64,000 nt of DNA from Alphaproteobacteria bacterium (lineage in GTDB: Bacteria; Pseudomonadota; Alphaproteobacteria; CADEGL01). The position numbers and the translations under genes are program-made. Positions 26,747 through 36,170 of this stretch are shown one piece after another. The first letter of the stretch is position 1; each line of letters starts with the position of its first letter. The stretch spans positions 14,604 through 78,603 of the forward strand of contig JBJXGH010000180.1 of assembly GCA_046153685.1 (NCBI GenBank), given 5' to 3'. The notes beneath the pieces were generated by a model. The model searched no databases and was not told the origin of the DNA. It saw only the letters and a list, made by a program, of their open reading frames with translations.

Positions 26747-27892
26747 ATGAAATCCGAACGCCTGATCGAAATGCTCAAGGTCCGTGCCAAGCCTGCGCTC
26801 GCCCTTGCGGTGCTGGCGGCGGGCGCGCTCGGCTATTGGCAATTCATCGGCTTCGGTCCCAAGGCCGCGAAGGAAGGCGGCGAGCGCGGGCCTGCGCCCG
26901 TCCTTGTCGCCGAAGCCGCGCGTCAAGATATGGCGGTGACCGCGGAGACGATCGGCAGCGTGCAGGCGTTCACCTCCGTCGCGATCAAGTCGCAGGTTGA
27001 CGGCCAAGTGACCGGCGTGCATTTCCGCGAAGGCCAGATGGTGAAGAAGGGCGAATTGCTTTTCTCCATCGACCGTCGGCCCTTCGAGGCGGCGCTGCGT
27101 CAGGCCGAGGCCAATCTCGCGCGCGACAGCGCGATGTGGGAGAAGGCCAAGCTCGATCTCGCGCGCTACCAGGAACTGGTCACTCGCGGCGTGGTGGCGA
27201 AACAGCAATTCGAAACCGCGCGGGCCAGCGCCGACAGCGCGGGCGCGACCGTCAAGGCCGACGAAGCCGCGGCGGAACGCGCGCGGCTCGAACTCGCCTA
27301 TGCCCAGATCCGTGCGCCCGTTCAGGGACGCACCGGCAATGTGCTGATCCAGCAAGGCAATGTGGTCAAGGCCAATGACGATAATCCGCTGGTTGTGATC
27401 AATCAGGTGCAGCCGATCTTCGTGGCGTTCTCGGTGCCCGAGCGCCTGATGCCGGGGATTAAAAGCCGCATGACCAAGGGTGGGCTTGCGGCGCAGGCGA
27501 CGGCACAAGGCGATAGCGGCGCGCCGCTCGTGGGCCGCGTCGAATTCATGAACAATTCCGTCGATGCCTCCACCGGCATGATCCAGCTCAAGGCCGTTTT
27601 CGAGAACGTCAACGAACGTCTGACGCCGGGCCAATCGGTCAACGTGCTGTTGACGCTCGGCACCATGTCCGAGGCCGTGACCGTGCCGTCTTCGGCCGTG
27701 CTCAACGGCCCCAAGGGCGCGTATGTCTATGTCGTCAAGGACGACATGACCGTCGAGCACCGCTTGGTTTCGGCCAGCGTCGCGCGCGAGGGCAAGACGG
27801 TCATCGATAAGGGCGTGGATGCGGGCGAAAAGGTCGTGACCGAGGGCCAGTTGCGCCTGTTCCCCGGCGCCAAGATCAAGTTGCCGTCGTGA
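26747..27892 (+). CDS. Efflux RND transporter periplasmic adaptor (membrane fusion protein, HlyD family)
   Basis: Signal/TM then a coiled-coil (LRQAEANLARDSAMWEKAKLDLARYQELV) and beta-barrel/MP domains; immediately upstream of the RND permease. Confidence 0.85.
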   Translation: MKSERLIEMLKVRAKPALALAVLAAGALGYWQFIGFGPKAAKEGGERGPAPVLVAEAARQDMAVTAETIGSVQAFTSVAIKSQVDGQVTGVHFREGQMVKKGELLFSIDRRPFEAALRQAEANLARDSAMWEKAKLDLARYQELVTRGVVAKQQFETARASADSAGATVKADEAAAERARLELAYAQIRAPVQGRTGNVLIQQGNVVKANDDNPLVVINQVQPIFVAFSVPERLMPGIKSRMTKGGLAAQATAQGDSGAPLVGRVEFMNNSVDASTGMIQLKAVFENVNERLTPGQSVNVLLTLGTMSEAVTVPSSAVLNGPKGAYVYVVKDDMTVEHRLVSASVAREGKTVIDKGVDAGEKVVTEGQLRLFPGAKIKLPS

Positions 27893-27929
27893 GCGGGCGC
27901 GGATCGTCGGAAACGCGCGGGATGATGCG

Positions 27930-30900
27930 ATGACCCTGCCCGAGCTGTCCATCCGTCGGCCGGTGATGACGACGCTGCTCATGGCGGCACTTTTGCTGTT
28001 CGGCGCCTTTGCCTATCGCGGATTATCGGTCAGCGAACTGCCAAACGTCGATTTCCCGACCATTCAGGTGTCCGCGCGCCTTCCGGGCGCGGCGCCCGAA
28101 ACCATGGCATCCTCGGTCGCCCAACCGCTCGAGGCGCAGTTCTCGCGCATACCGGGCGTCGAGACGATGAGTTCGACCAGCGCCCTTGGTCTGACCCAGA
28201 TCACGCTGACTTTCGCGCTCAACCGGGATATCGACGGCGCGGCGCAGGACGTGCAGACGGCGATCTCGTCCGCCGCCCGGTCCTTGCCGCAGGAAATGCC
28301 CTACCCGCCGTCCTTCCGAAAGGTCAATCCGGCGGACTTCGCCGTTCTTCTTTTGGCGATGCAGTCTTCCACCCTGCCGCTTTCGACTGTCAATGCCTAT
28401 GCCGAGTCCATCCTGGCCCAGCGCGTATCGACCATAGCCGGCGTGGCGCAGGTCACGGTCTTTGGCTCGCAAAAATACGCCGTGCGCGTCCAGGTCGATC
28501 CCAACGCCATCGCGGCGCGCGGCATCGGTGTCGATGAGGTGATCGACGGCATCAAGCGCGCGAACCAGAACCAGGCGACCGGCACGCTCGACGGCCCCAA
28601 CCAGACGGTGACGATCCGCTCGACGGGTCAGTTGACCAATGCCGAGCAGTACAACCGGCAGATCGTGGTGTGGCGCAACGGCAATCCCGTTCGCGTGCAG
28701 GATATTGGCCAGGCGGTGGACGCGGTCGAGAACGACAAGCTCGCGAGCTGGTACAACGCCGAACGCGGCATCGTGCTTGGCATCTATCGCCAGCCGGGGT
28801 CGAACACGGTGGAAACCGTCGAGGCAATCAAGAAAATCTTGCCGCAGTTCGGCCAATCGCTTCCTGCCGCGATCAGCTTGGACATTCTCTACGACCGCAC
28901 GCAGACGATCCGCAACGCCATCCACGATGTGCAGTTCACTCTCGGCCTCGCCGCGGCGCTCGTCGTCATGGTCATCTTCGTGTTCTTGCGCAACGTATCC
29001 GCGACGATCATCCCGTCACTCGCGCTGCCGATCTCGGTCATCGGCACTTTCGCGGTGATGTGGTATTTCGGCTACTCGCTGAACAATCTCACGCTCATGG
29101 CGCTTACTTTGTCCGTCGGCTTCGTGGTCGACGACGCGATCGTCATGCTCGAAAACATCGTCCGCCACATGGAGAAGGGCAAATCCGCGTTCCGTGCCGC
29201 GGTCGAGGGCGCGCGCGAAGTCGGCTTCACGATCATCGCCATGACGGTATCGCTAGCCGTCGTGTTCGTGCCGTTGATCTTCATGGGTGGGATTCTCGGG
29301 CGGCTGCTGCACGAATTCGCCGTCACGATTTGCGCCGCGATCGTCGTTTCGGGCATCGTGTCGCTCACGCTCACGCCCATGCTGTGCAGCCGCTTCGTGC
29401 GCCCCGATCATGGGCCGGCTTCGTCGCGCGGCCGGCTGTTCCGTGCGTCCGAGCGTGCCTTCGCGGCTCTCAATCGCGGCTATGAACGCTCGCTCGATTG
29501 GTGCCTGAAGCACCACCGGCTCACCTTCGCGGCGTTTTTGGCCACGGTTGCGGGGACAGTCATGCTGTTCTCGGTCGTGCCCAAGGATCTGCTTCCCAGC
29601 GAGGATTCGAACCAGCTCATCGGCTATACCGAGGGCGCGCAGGACGCGTCGTTCGAGGCCATGGTGCGCAATCAGCAAATCGTCAAGGACATCCTTCTCA
29701 AGGATCCGAACGTCGATGGGCTCATGTCATCGGTCGGCACGGGCGGCTCGCGCGCGACAGGCAATTCGGGGTTTTTATTCTTGCGCCTGAAGCCTCGCGC
29801 CGAGCGCGAGCTTTCGGCCGAGCAATTGGTTCACATGTTCCGAAAAAAAACCGCGGCCGTGCCGGGCATCCGGGTGTACTTCCAGAATCCGCCGCCCATT
29901 CGCATCGGCGGGATGTTCACCAAGGCCCAGTATCAATACACGTTGCAGGACATCGATCTCGAGACGCTCTACAAATCGGCCGGCACCATGCAGTCCGCGA
30001 TGTTGAAGCTCGACATCCTGCGCGACGTGACGACCGACATGTACCTGACCAGCCCCAATCTGGTGGTCAATATCGACCGCGATCGCGCGGCCGCGCTGGG
30101 CATTTCGGTCGAGCAGATTCAGACGGCGCTCGGCTCGGCGTTCGGCGCGCAGCAGATCTCGACGATTTACACGCCCTTCGAGCAGTACCAGGTCATCGTC
30201 GAGCTCAAGGATGAATTCCAGCGCGATTCATCCGCGCTCGGCAAGCTCTACATCCGCGCCACATCCGGCGCGCTCGTGCCCTTGCTCGCGCTCGCCGAAA
30301 TGAAACCGGCCATCGGACCGCTGACCGTGAATCATCTGGGCCAGCTGCCCTCGGTCACCATTTCCTTCAATTTGGCGTCAGGGCAATCACTCGGCACCGC
30401 GATCGCGGCGATCAAGGCCATCGAGCGCGACACGCGCCTGCCTTTGACGACGGCCACGGGCTTTCAGGGCGCGGCGAAGGCATTCGAGGCGTCGTTCAGG
30501 GGCATGGGCCTGCTCGTGGTCATGGCCCTGCTCGCCGTTTATATCGTGCTCGGCATTCTCTACGAAAGTTTCGTCCATCCGCTCACGATTCTCTCTGGCT
30601 TGCCCTCGGCCAGTCTTGGGGCCCTACTTACGCTCTACCTTTTCAACGTACCGCTCAGTCTCTATGCCTTCGTCGGCATCATCATGCTGATCGGTATCGC
30701 CAAGAAGAACGCGATCATGATGATCGACTTCGCGTTGATGTCCCAGCGCGACCATGCCCAAAGCCCGGCCGCCGCGATACGCGAGGCATGTCTGGTGCGT
30801 TTCCGGCCGATCATGATGACGACGATGGCGGCGCTCATGGGCGCCATTCCGATTGCGATCGGGCTCGGGACGGGTGCTGAATCGCGCCGGCCGCTCGGAT

Positions 30901-31118
30901 TGACGGTGGTGGGCGGATTGGTTCTGTCCCAGGTGCTGACGCTCTATCTCACGCCGGTGATCTATATCTATCTCGACCGCATCCAGAGCCTTGCGCTATT
31001 TCGCCGCTTGGCCATTTCCCCAGAGGGCGAGACACCTATTGCCGACAGCACCGCCGTGGTCATCGCGCCCGAGCCCGGGGCCGCACGCCTGCGCCGCGTC
31101 GGCGGCGCCGACGATTGA
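27930..31118 (+). CDS. Efflux RND transporter permease (HAE1, AcrB/MdtB/C-like), 1062 aa
   Basis: MTLPELSIRRPVMTTLLMAALLLFGAFAYRGLSVSELPNVDFPTIQVSARLPGAAPETMASSV... is the canonical AcrB-family N-terminus; 12 TM helices and two large periplasmic loops. Confidence 0.9.
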   Translation: MTLPELSIRRPVMTTLLMAALLLFGAFAYRGLSVSELPNVDFPTIQVSARLPGAAPETMASSVAQPLEAQFSRIPGVETMSSTSALGLTQITLTFALNRDIDGAAQDVQTAISSAARSLPQEMPYPPSFRKVNPADFAVLLLAMQSSTLPLSTVNAYAESILAQRVSTIAGVAQVTVFGSQKYAVRVQVDPNAIAARGIGVDEVIDGIKRANQNQATGTLDGPNQTVTIRSTGQLTNAEQYNRQIVVWRNGNPVRVQDIGQAVDAVENDKLASWYNAERGIVLGIYRQPGSNTVETVEAIKKILPQFGQSLPAAISLDILYDRTQTIRNAIHDVQFTLGLAAALVVMVIFVFLRNVSATIIPSLALPISVIGTFAVMWYFGYSLNNLTLMALTLSVGFVVDDAIVMLENIVRHMEKGKSAFRAAVEGAREVGFTIIAMTVSLAVVFVPLIFMGGILGRLLHEFAVTICAAIVVSGIVSLTLTPMLCSRFVRPDHGPASSRGRLFRASERAFAALNRGYERSLDWCLKHHRLTFAAFLATVAGTVMLFSVVPKDLLPSEDSNQLIGYTEGAQDASFEAMVRNQQIVKDILLKDPNVDGLMSSVGTGGSRATGNSGFLFLRLKPRAERELSAEQLVHMFRKKTAAVPGIRVYFQNPPPIRIGGMFTKAQYQYTLQDIDLETLYKSAGTMQSAMLKLDILRDVTTDMYLTSPNLVVNIDRDRAAALGISVEQIQTALGSAFGAQQISTIYTPFEQYQVIVELKDEFQRDSSALGKLYIRATSGALVPLLALAEMKPAIGPLTVNHLGQLPSVTISFNLASGQSLGTAIAAIKAIERDTRLPLTTATGFQGAAKAFEASFRGMGLLVVMALLAVYIVLGILYESFVHPLTILSGLPSASLGALLTLYLFNVPLSLYAFVGIIMLIGIAKKNAIMMIDFALMSQRDHAQSPAAAIREACLVRFRPIMMTTMAALMGAIPIAIGLGTGAESRRPLGLTVVGGLVLSQVLTLYLTPVIYIYLDRIQSLALFRRLAISPEGETPIADSTAVVIAPEPGAARLRRVGGADD

Positions 31119-31615
31119 GGATGCGCGCGGCCGCACGGCTCGTGCGCGCGGCGCTGGTTTTTTCCACGCTGTTTTGGCTGGGCGGTTGCTACGAACTCGC
31201 CGAATCGGCGATCGATTTGCGCGACGCGCGCGAATTGCCGTGGATCGAGGGCGAGTGGGTTTTTGGCGGGCGGCGGGTTTTTGTTTTTGCCGGCGATAGC
31301 GCCAAGGAGTACCGCTACCGCGAAATCACCGGCACCAACATCGCCACGGGGACCCTCCGCGCCGTCCCCTTGGGGGCCGAGTTGTTTTTGGTTCAAGCGC
31401 GCGAGGACAGCGGCACGATCGTCGCGTTATTCTACCGCTTGCGCCCGGACGGCGGCGCCGACGAGCTTGAGCCCAATGACCGGGTGGCCGAATTGGCGCG
31501 GCGCTTCGGCGTTTCGATCGGCGACGATATCGATCCGGTCCTATCGGGCTCGAGGGGCGATGTGCGCGCTTTTCTTCTGGCCCATACTTGGGAGCATTTT
31601 CACCGGCCGCGCTGA
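31115..31615 (+). CDS. Small putative lipoprotein (166 aa) translationally coupled to the RND permease
   Basis: ATGA overlap with the RND stop. N-terminus MRMRAAARLVRAALVFSTLFWLGGCYE is a signal peptide plus L-G-G-C lipobox. No recognisable family. Confidence 0.5.
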   Translation: MRMRAAARLVRAALVFSTLFWLGGCYELAESAIDLRDARELPWIEGEWVFGGRRVFVFAGDSAKEYRYREITGTNIATGTLRAVPLGAELFLVQAREDSGTIVALFYRLRPDGGADELEPNDRVAELARRFGVSIGDDIDPVLSGSRGDVRAFLLAHTWEHFHRPR

Positions 31616-31630
31616 AGTCGCGCGCGGCCC

Positions 31631-32422
31631 TCAGGGCGCGGGGAAGAACGCGGCGCTGCGCCCCGTGGCGGCATAGGCCGCAAGACCGAGCCATTCGCGC
31701 AAACCCGCGCCGAACAGGGCAAGGGAATGACCGATATGGGGGTGGATTCCAAACTCGACGCGCCTGCCGTAGCGATAGACCTCGGGATAGGGCACGACCT
31801 CCCAGCCCGCCTGGCGGAAGACGCCGACCGAACGCGGCACATGCATGGCCTGGGTGATCAGAAGCCAGACTTCTCCCGGCTTGGGCCGCGCGAGTTCCTT
31901 GGCGAAGGCGACATTCTCGTGGGTGTTGCGCGATTTGCCTTCGAGGACGACGCGGCTGGCATCGAAGCCTTGCTGTTCGAAGAACAGGCGCAAGGTTTCG
32001 GCCTCGCTCGCCTTGGGGTCGAGGATATCGCCCGAGCCGCCCGCGAAGATAAGTTTTGCTTCGGGAAAGCGCCGCGCCAGCCACATAAAACTCGTAACCG
32101 TGTTGGCCGCGCCGTTGAGCGCGGGCGTGCCGTATTCGCGCGTCATCGACGGAACTTGGGCACCACCCAACAAGACGATGCCGTCCACGCGCGCGGGCAA
32201 GGGGTCGGGGCGGGCAAAGCGCTGTTCGAGCGGCTGAATGAGGAGCTGCGGCAGGGGCAGAAGCGCGAGGGCGAGAATGAACGAGGCGACCGTGATGAAG
32301 ATTCGCCGCGCCGTCCGCACCCTGCCAAGAAGCAATAGAAGCGTCGCCAAGCATACCGCGACGGCCAGCACATTGGTCGGCTCGACCAGCCACCACAAGA
32401 TCTTGGATGCAAAGAAGAACAT
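31631..32422 (-). CDS. YdcF/DUF218 family protein
   Basis: MFFFASKILWWLVEPTNVLAVAVCL...IVLLGGA...HVPRSVGVF is typical of DUF218. Start re-anchored to ATG 32422; the listed ORF's first 97 codons are Arg-rich junk. Confidence 0.65.
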   Translation of the reverse strand: MFFFASKILWWLVEPTNVLAVAVCLATLLLLLGRVRTARRIFITVASFILALALLPLPQLLIQPLEQRFARPDPLPARVDGIVLLGGAQVPSMTREYGTPALNGAANTVTSFMWLARRFPEAKLIFAGGSGDILDPKASEAETLRLFFEQQGFDASRVVLEGKSRNTHENVAFAKELARPKPGEVWLLITQAMHVPRSVGVFRQAGWEVVPYPEVYRYGRRVEFGIHPHIGHSLALFGAGLREWLGLAAYAATGRSAAFFPAP

Positions 32423-32441
32423 GGCGCGGTGCGAGCCTTCG

Positions 32442-34493
32442 TCAAAAGTCCTTTGCCAGGCGCAAGGAATCGTAGATCGCCGCGTGGATATTGCGCGAGG
32501 CGACCGCATCGCCGACGCGGAACAACGCGAATGTTCCCGCGGGATTCTTTGCCAGCACCCGGGCCTGGCCTTCGGCAAGTCCGCGCAAATCGATTTCGCC
32601 GCGATTGCTCGAACGCTCCTTGAGCGCGAAGTATAGCTCCGCGCGCGGCAAGGTTCCGTGCTCGGCGACCACCTGATCGACCAAGCGCTCCTCCTCGGCC
32701 AAGGTGTATTCATTGCGCAGCACCGCCAGCAAACGATTGCCCTCGCGGCTCACGCGCACAAGACGCACATTCGGTGTCATCACCACGTCGCGCTTGTAGA
32801 GTTCGCGAAAATGCACGGGAAAATTCGTCCCGCCCACCTCGATGCCGAGATAGCGCTCGGGCGTCGCGACCTCGACCCGAGCGCCGCGCGCGGCGAGAAA
32901 TTCCGCAACCGATGGACCCGCGTGCCCGCCTTGATCGTCGAATACCAAAATCGATTCGGCGGGTTGCGCCCGGCCGCCGAGTACGTCCCAGGTTGAAACC
33001 GCCAGTTCCCGGCCCTCGAACGCGCCCTTGTTCGGCGCGCCGCCGGTGGCGATCACGACCACGTCCGGCGATTCGGCTAGAACGCGCTCGGCGTTCGCTT
33101 GCGTGCCCAGGTGCAATTCGACGCCGAGCTTGCGCACCTGGCCATCGAGCCAGCGATTGATGCCCGATAGGCCCTCTCGCCACGTCGCCTTCGCGGCGAG
33201 ATTGAGCTGTCCGCCGGTTACGCCGTCTGCCTCGAACAACACCACCCGATGGCCGCGCATCGCCGATACGCGCGCGGCCTCGAGCCCCGCCACGCCCGCG
33301 CCCGCGACCACCACGGTCTTGCGCCCGACGGCCTTGGGCACGACATGGGGCATGGTTTGTTCGCGCCCGGTCGCCGGGTTCTGGATGCACAGCGCATCGC
33401 CGCCGACATAGATGCGGTCGATGCAATAATTGGCGCCGACGCATTGGCGGATATCGTCCTCGCGGCCCTCGACCATCTTGCGCACGAAGTGCGGATCGGC
33501 GATGTGCGCGCGGGTCATTGCCACCATGTCGAGATGGCCCTCGGCGACGGCGCGCGCGGCGGTGGCGGGGTCGGGAATGCGTCCGGCATGGAAGACCGGC
33601 AGATCGATCGCCGCCTTGATCGCGCTGGCGAGGTGCAGATAGGGCGCGACCGGAAACGACATGTTGACCGTGCTCATGGAGCTCGAACGCCAATCGCGTG
33701 GTTGGCTGGTCATCACGCTCAGATAATCGATATAGCCCGAGCGCGCGAGCCGGCGTGCGATCTCGACGCATTCATCCGGCGCCAAGCCATCGGCGATGAG
33801 TTCGTCGGAGGTGATGCGCACGCCGAGAATGAAGTCCCGCCCCACCTGGGCGCGCACATCCTCAAGACATTCAAAACCGAAGCGCATGCGATTTTCGAGG
33901 CTGCCGCCGTATCGGTCGGCGCGGGTATTGGCCGAGGGTGACCAGAATTGGAGCATCAGATGGCCGCCCGCATAAAGCAGTTCGACGCCGTCGATGCCAC
34001 CGTCCTTCACGCGCCGTGCCGCCTGGCCGAAGTCGGCGCGAATGCGATCGAAGTCCCAGTCCTCCATTTCCTTCGGGAACGGCCGATGCTCGGGTTCGCG
34101 GATGGCGGACGGCGCCACGGGTGCCAGCCAATGGCCTCGGTCCCAGCGCGTGCGGCGGCCTGAATGCGAGATCTGACAGAAGGTCGCCGCGCCGTGCCGG
34201 TGGATGCGTTCGGCCATGCGCCTCAAATACGGCACCACCGAATCGTCCGCGACCGAAAGCTGGCCAAAGGTCGGCGGACATTCGATCGCGACCGTCGAGG
34301 AGCCGCCAAAGATCGTGAGGCCCAGCCCGCCCTTGGCCTTTTCCTCGTGATAGGCCTGATAACGCTCGCCTGGCATGCCGGCCTCGCCATAGGCGGGCGA
34401 GTGCGCCGTGCTCATGACCCGGTTGCGAATCGTCAAGCCCTTGATGACGAGCGGCTTGAGCAAGGCGTCGATTTGGCCCATATTGGGTTCCAC
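32442..34493 (-). CDS. Two-domain flavoenzyme: N-terminal Old-Yellow-Enzyme-like FMN TIM barrel + C-terminal FAD/NAD(P)-binding domain (2,4-dienoyl-CoA reductase / N-methylamine demethylase-like)
   Basis: LTIRNRVMSTAHSP...GGLGLTIFGG...GVELLYAGGHLMLQFWSPSANTRADRYGGSLENRMRF (OYE core), then VVAGAGVAGLEAARV (GxGxxG). Confidence 0.8.
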   Translation of the reverse strand: MEPNMGQIDALLKPLVIKGLTIRNRVMSTAHSPAYGEAGMPGERYQAYHEEKAKGGLGLTIFGGSSTVAIECPPTFGQLSVADDSVVPYLRRMAERIHRHGAATFCQISHSGRRTRWDRGHWLAPVAPSAIREPEHRPFPKEMEDWDFDRIRADFGQAARRVKDGGIDGVELLYAGGHLMLQFWSPSANTRADRYGGSLENRMRFGFECLEDVRAQVGRDFILGVRITSDELIADGLAPDECVEIARRLARSGYIDYLSVMTSQPRDWRSSSMSTVNMSFPVAPYLHLASAIKAAIDLPVFHAGRIPDPATAARAVAEGHLDMVAMTRAHIADPHFVRKMVEGREDDIRQCVGANYCIDRIYVGGDALCIQNPATGREQTMPHVVPKAVGRKTVVVAGAGVAGLEAARVSAMRGHRVVLFEADGVTGGQLNLAAKATWREGLSGINRWLDGQVRKLGVELHLGTQANAERVLAESPDVVVIATGGAPNKGAFEGRELAVSTWDVLGGRAQPAESILVFDDQGGHAGPSVAEFLAARGARVEVATPERYLGIEVGGTNFPVHFRELYKRDVVMTPNVRLVRVSREGNRLLAVLRNEYTLAEEERLVDQVVAEHGTLPRAELYFALKERSSNRGEIDLRGLAEGQARVLAKNPAGTFALFRVGDAVASRNIHAAIYDSLRLAKDF

Positions 34494-34612
34494 CTTTGTG
34501 CTTTGCCGTCCGGCGTTCTTGCCTAAGGGTGGATCGACCGGCGGGCGGACCGAACTGCATATACCGCCCGTTCGGATTTTGCGCCACGCCCGGCGCTATC
34601 GGGGGAAATGCG

Positions 34613-36166
34613 ATGCGCAAGACGTTGCCCGAACTCGACGGCCAAAGCTTCGACGTGTTGATCGTCGGCGGCGGCATCAGCGGCGCGAGCGCGGCGCAGC
34701 ACCTCGCCTCTGCCGGCTACTCGGTCCTTCTGGCGGAGAAGGGTGATCTCGCTTCGGCGGCGACCAGCCGGTCGAGCCGCATTCTCCATTGCGGCCTGCG
34801 CTATCTCGCGCCGAGCCGCACGATCTTCGAATTTCTCTGGCACCCGCGCAAATTCGCGACCGCCCTCGGCACCGCGCGGCGCTCGGTGCGGGCGCGGGCG
34901 CATTTTCTTGCCGAATCGCCCGAGCGCTTGCGGCCGTTGCGCCTCCACATTCCCGTTTACCGCGATGCGGCCTACAAGGGATGGCAAGTCGATCTCGGCG
35001 CACGGCTATTGGAGGCGATGAATCCGTCGCCGGTGAAGCTCGGCTATCGGCGAATGGCGGCGGCGGAAGCGCGCGCTCTGCCGCTGGTCGGCTGGCTGCG
35101 CGATCCCGAACGCATCGACAGCGTGGCGGTATTCGACGACCACCAATTCCATTGGCCCGAGCGGCTGTGCATCGACGCCGCGCTCGACGCCGAGCGCCTG
35201 GGCGCCGAGATTCGCAACTACACCGCCGTCACCAAGATCGCGCGCACCACGGGCGGGGCGTGGGCGCTCGATCTCGAGGACGCACAGGCGCCCGGCATGC
35301 GCGCCCGCGTCGAGGGCGCGTTCCTGCTCAACACCGCGGGCGCATGGGTGGACCGCATGAACGAGATGGCCGCGCCCGCCGCCAAGCCCGCGCGCAAGAT
35401 CGTCGCGGTCAAGGGCGTGCACATCGCCGTGCGCTTGCCGTCCGAATGCCGCGGCTATGCGGTTGCGGGCTGGAATCGCGAGGGCGAGCATATCTTCTGC
35501 ATGCCGTGGAACGATCTGCATTACATCGGGCCGACCGAAACCGTGTACGACGGCGATATCGGCGATGTCCGCCCCGAGGAAGCGGACATTCGCTTCCTTC
35601 TCGACGAGATCAACCACCTGCTGCCGGCGGCGAACTTGAAGCGCGCCGATGTCGCGTTGAGCTGGGCGGGCGCGCGGGCCATCACCCACGATGCCAAGCG
35701 CCCCAAGGGAAGGCGCATGCCGTTCGGCGTGGTTTACGACTTGGCCGACGAAGGCGTGCCCAATGCGGCGACGATCAGCTGGGCGACCATCATGTTCCAC
35801 CGCCAATCCGCCGCCGAGATCGCGGGGATCGTCGCGCGCCGCCTGCGGCCGTCCGGCGCGCCCCGGCCCTTGTCCCATGCCGCGAGGCGCTTTCCCGAAA
35901 ACCAGAATTCCCCGCCGCTGCTGGCATCCGACGCCGAGGTGAAACTCTCGGACTTGCGGCACGCCGCGGCGAACGAACGCCCCGCGCATCTCGTCGATGT
36001 GCTGTTCCGGCGCACGGGACTTTCTTGGCGCACGCCCGTAAACGATGACGGCGCGCGCCGCGCGGCGGAAGCGATCGCCGATATTCTGGGATGGGACGAG
36101 GCGCGGATCGCCGATGAGGTCGCGCTCTACGGCGAATACGTGCGCCGCTTTCACCTCCAGACCTAG
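34613..36166 (+). CDS. FAD-dependent glycerol-3-phosphate dehydrogenase/oxidase-like oxidoreductase (GlpD family)
   Basis: MRKTLPELDGQSFDVLIVGGGISGASAAQHLASAGYSVLLAEKGDLASAATSRSSRILHCGLRYL is the DAO/GlpD N-terminus. Start at ATG 34613 after a GGGGGAAA SD. Confidence 0.7.
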   Translation: MRKTLPELDGQSFDVLIVGGGISGASAAQHLASAGYSVLLAEKGDLASAATSRSSRILHCGLRYLAPSRTIFEFLWHPRKFATALGTARRSVRARAHFLAESPERLRPLRLHIPVYRDAAYKGWQVDLGARLLEAMNPSPVKLGYRRMAAAEARALPLVGWLRDPERIDSVAVFDDHQFHWPERLCIDAALDAERLGAEIRNYTAVTKIARTTGGAWALDLEDAQAPGMRARVEGAFLLNTAGAWVDRMNEMAAPAAKPARKIVAVKGVHIAVRLPSECRGYAVAGWNREGEHIFCMPWNDLHYIGPTETVYDGDIGDVRPEEADIRFLLDEINHLLPAANLKRADVALSWAGARAITHDAKRPKGRRMPFGVVYDLADEGVPNAATISWATIMFHRQSAAEIAGIVARRLRPSGAPRPLSHAARRFPENQNSPPLLASDAEVKLSDLRHAAANERPAHLVDVLFRRTGLSWRTPVNDDGARRAAEAIADILGWDEARIADEVALYGEYVRRFHLQT

Positions 36167-36170
36167 GCGC

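Noticed and set aside
26735-27982. 415-aa minus-strand ORF antisense to the MFP gene
   Set aside because: No domains, Arg/Gly-rich, and fully overlapped by the well-supported adaptor gene.
31326-33771. ORFs 31326..32396 (-) and 32710..33771 (-)
   Set aside because: Alternative frames of the YdcF and OYE-FAD genes with junk composition.
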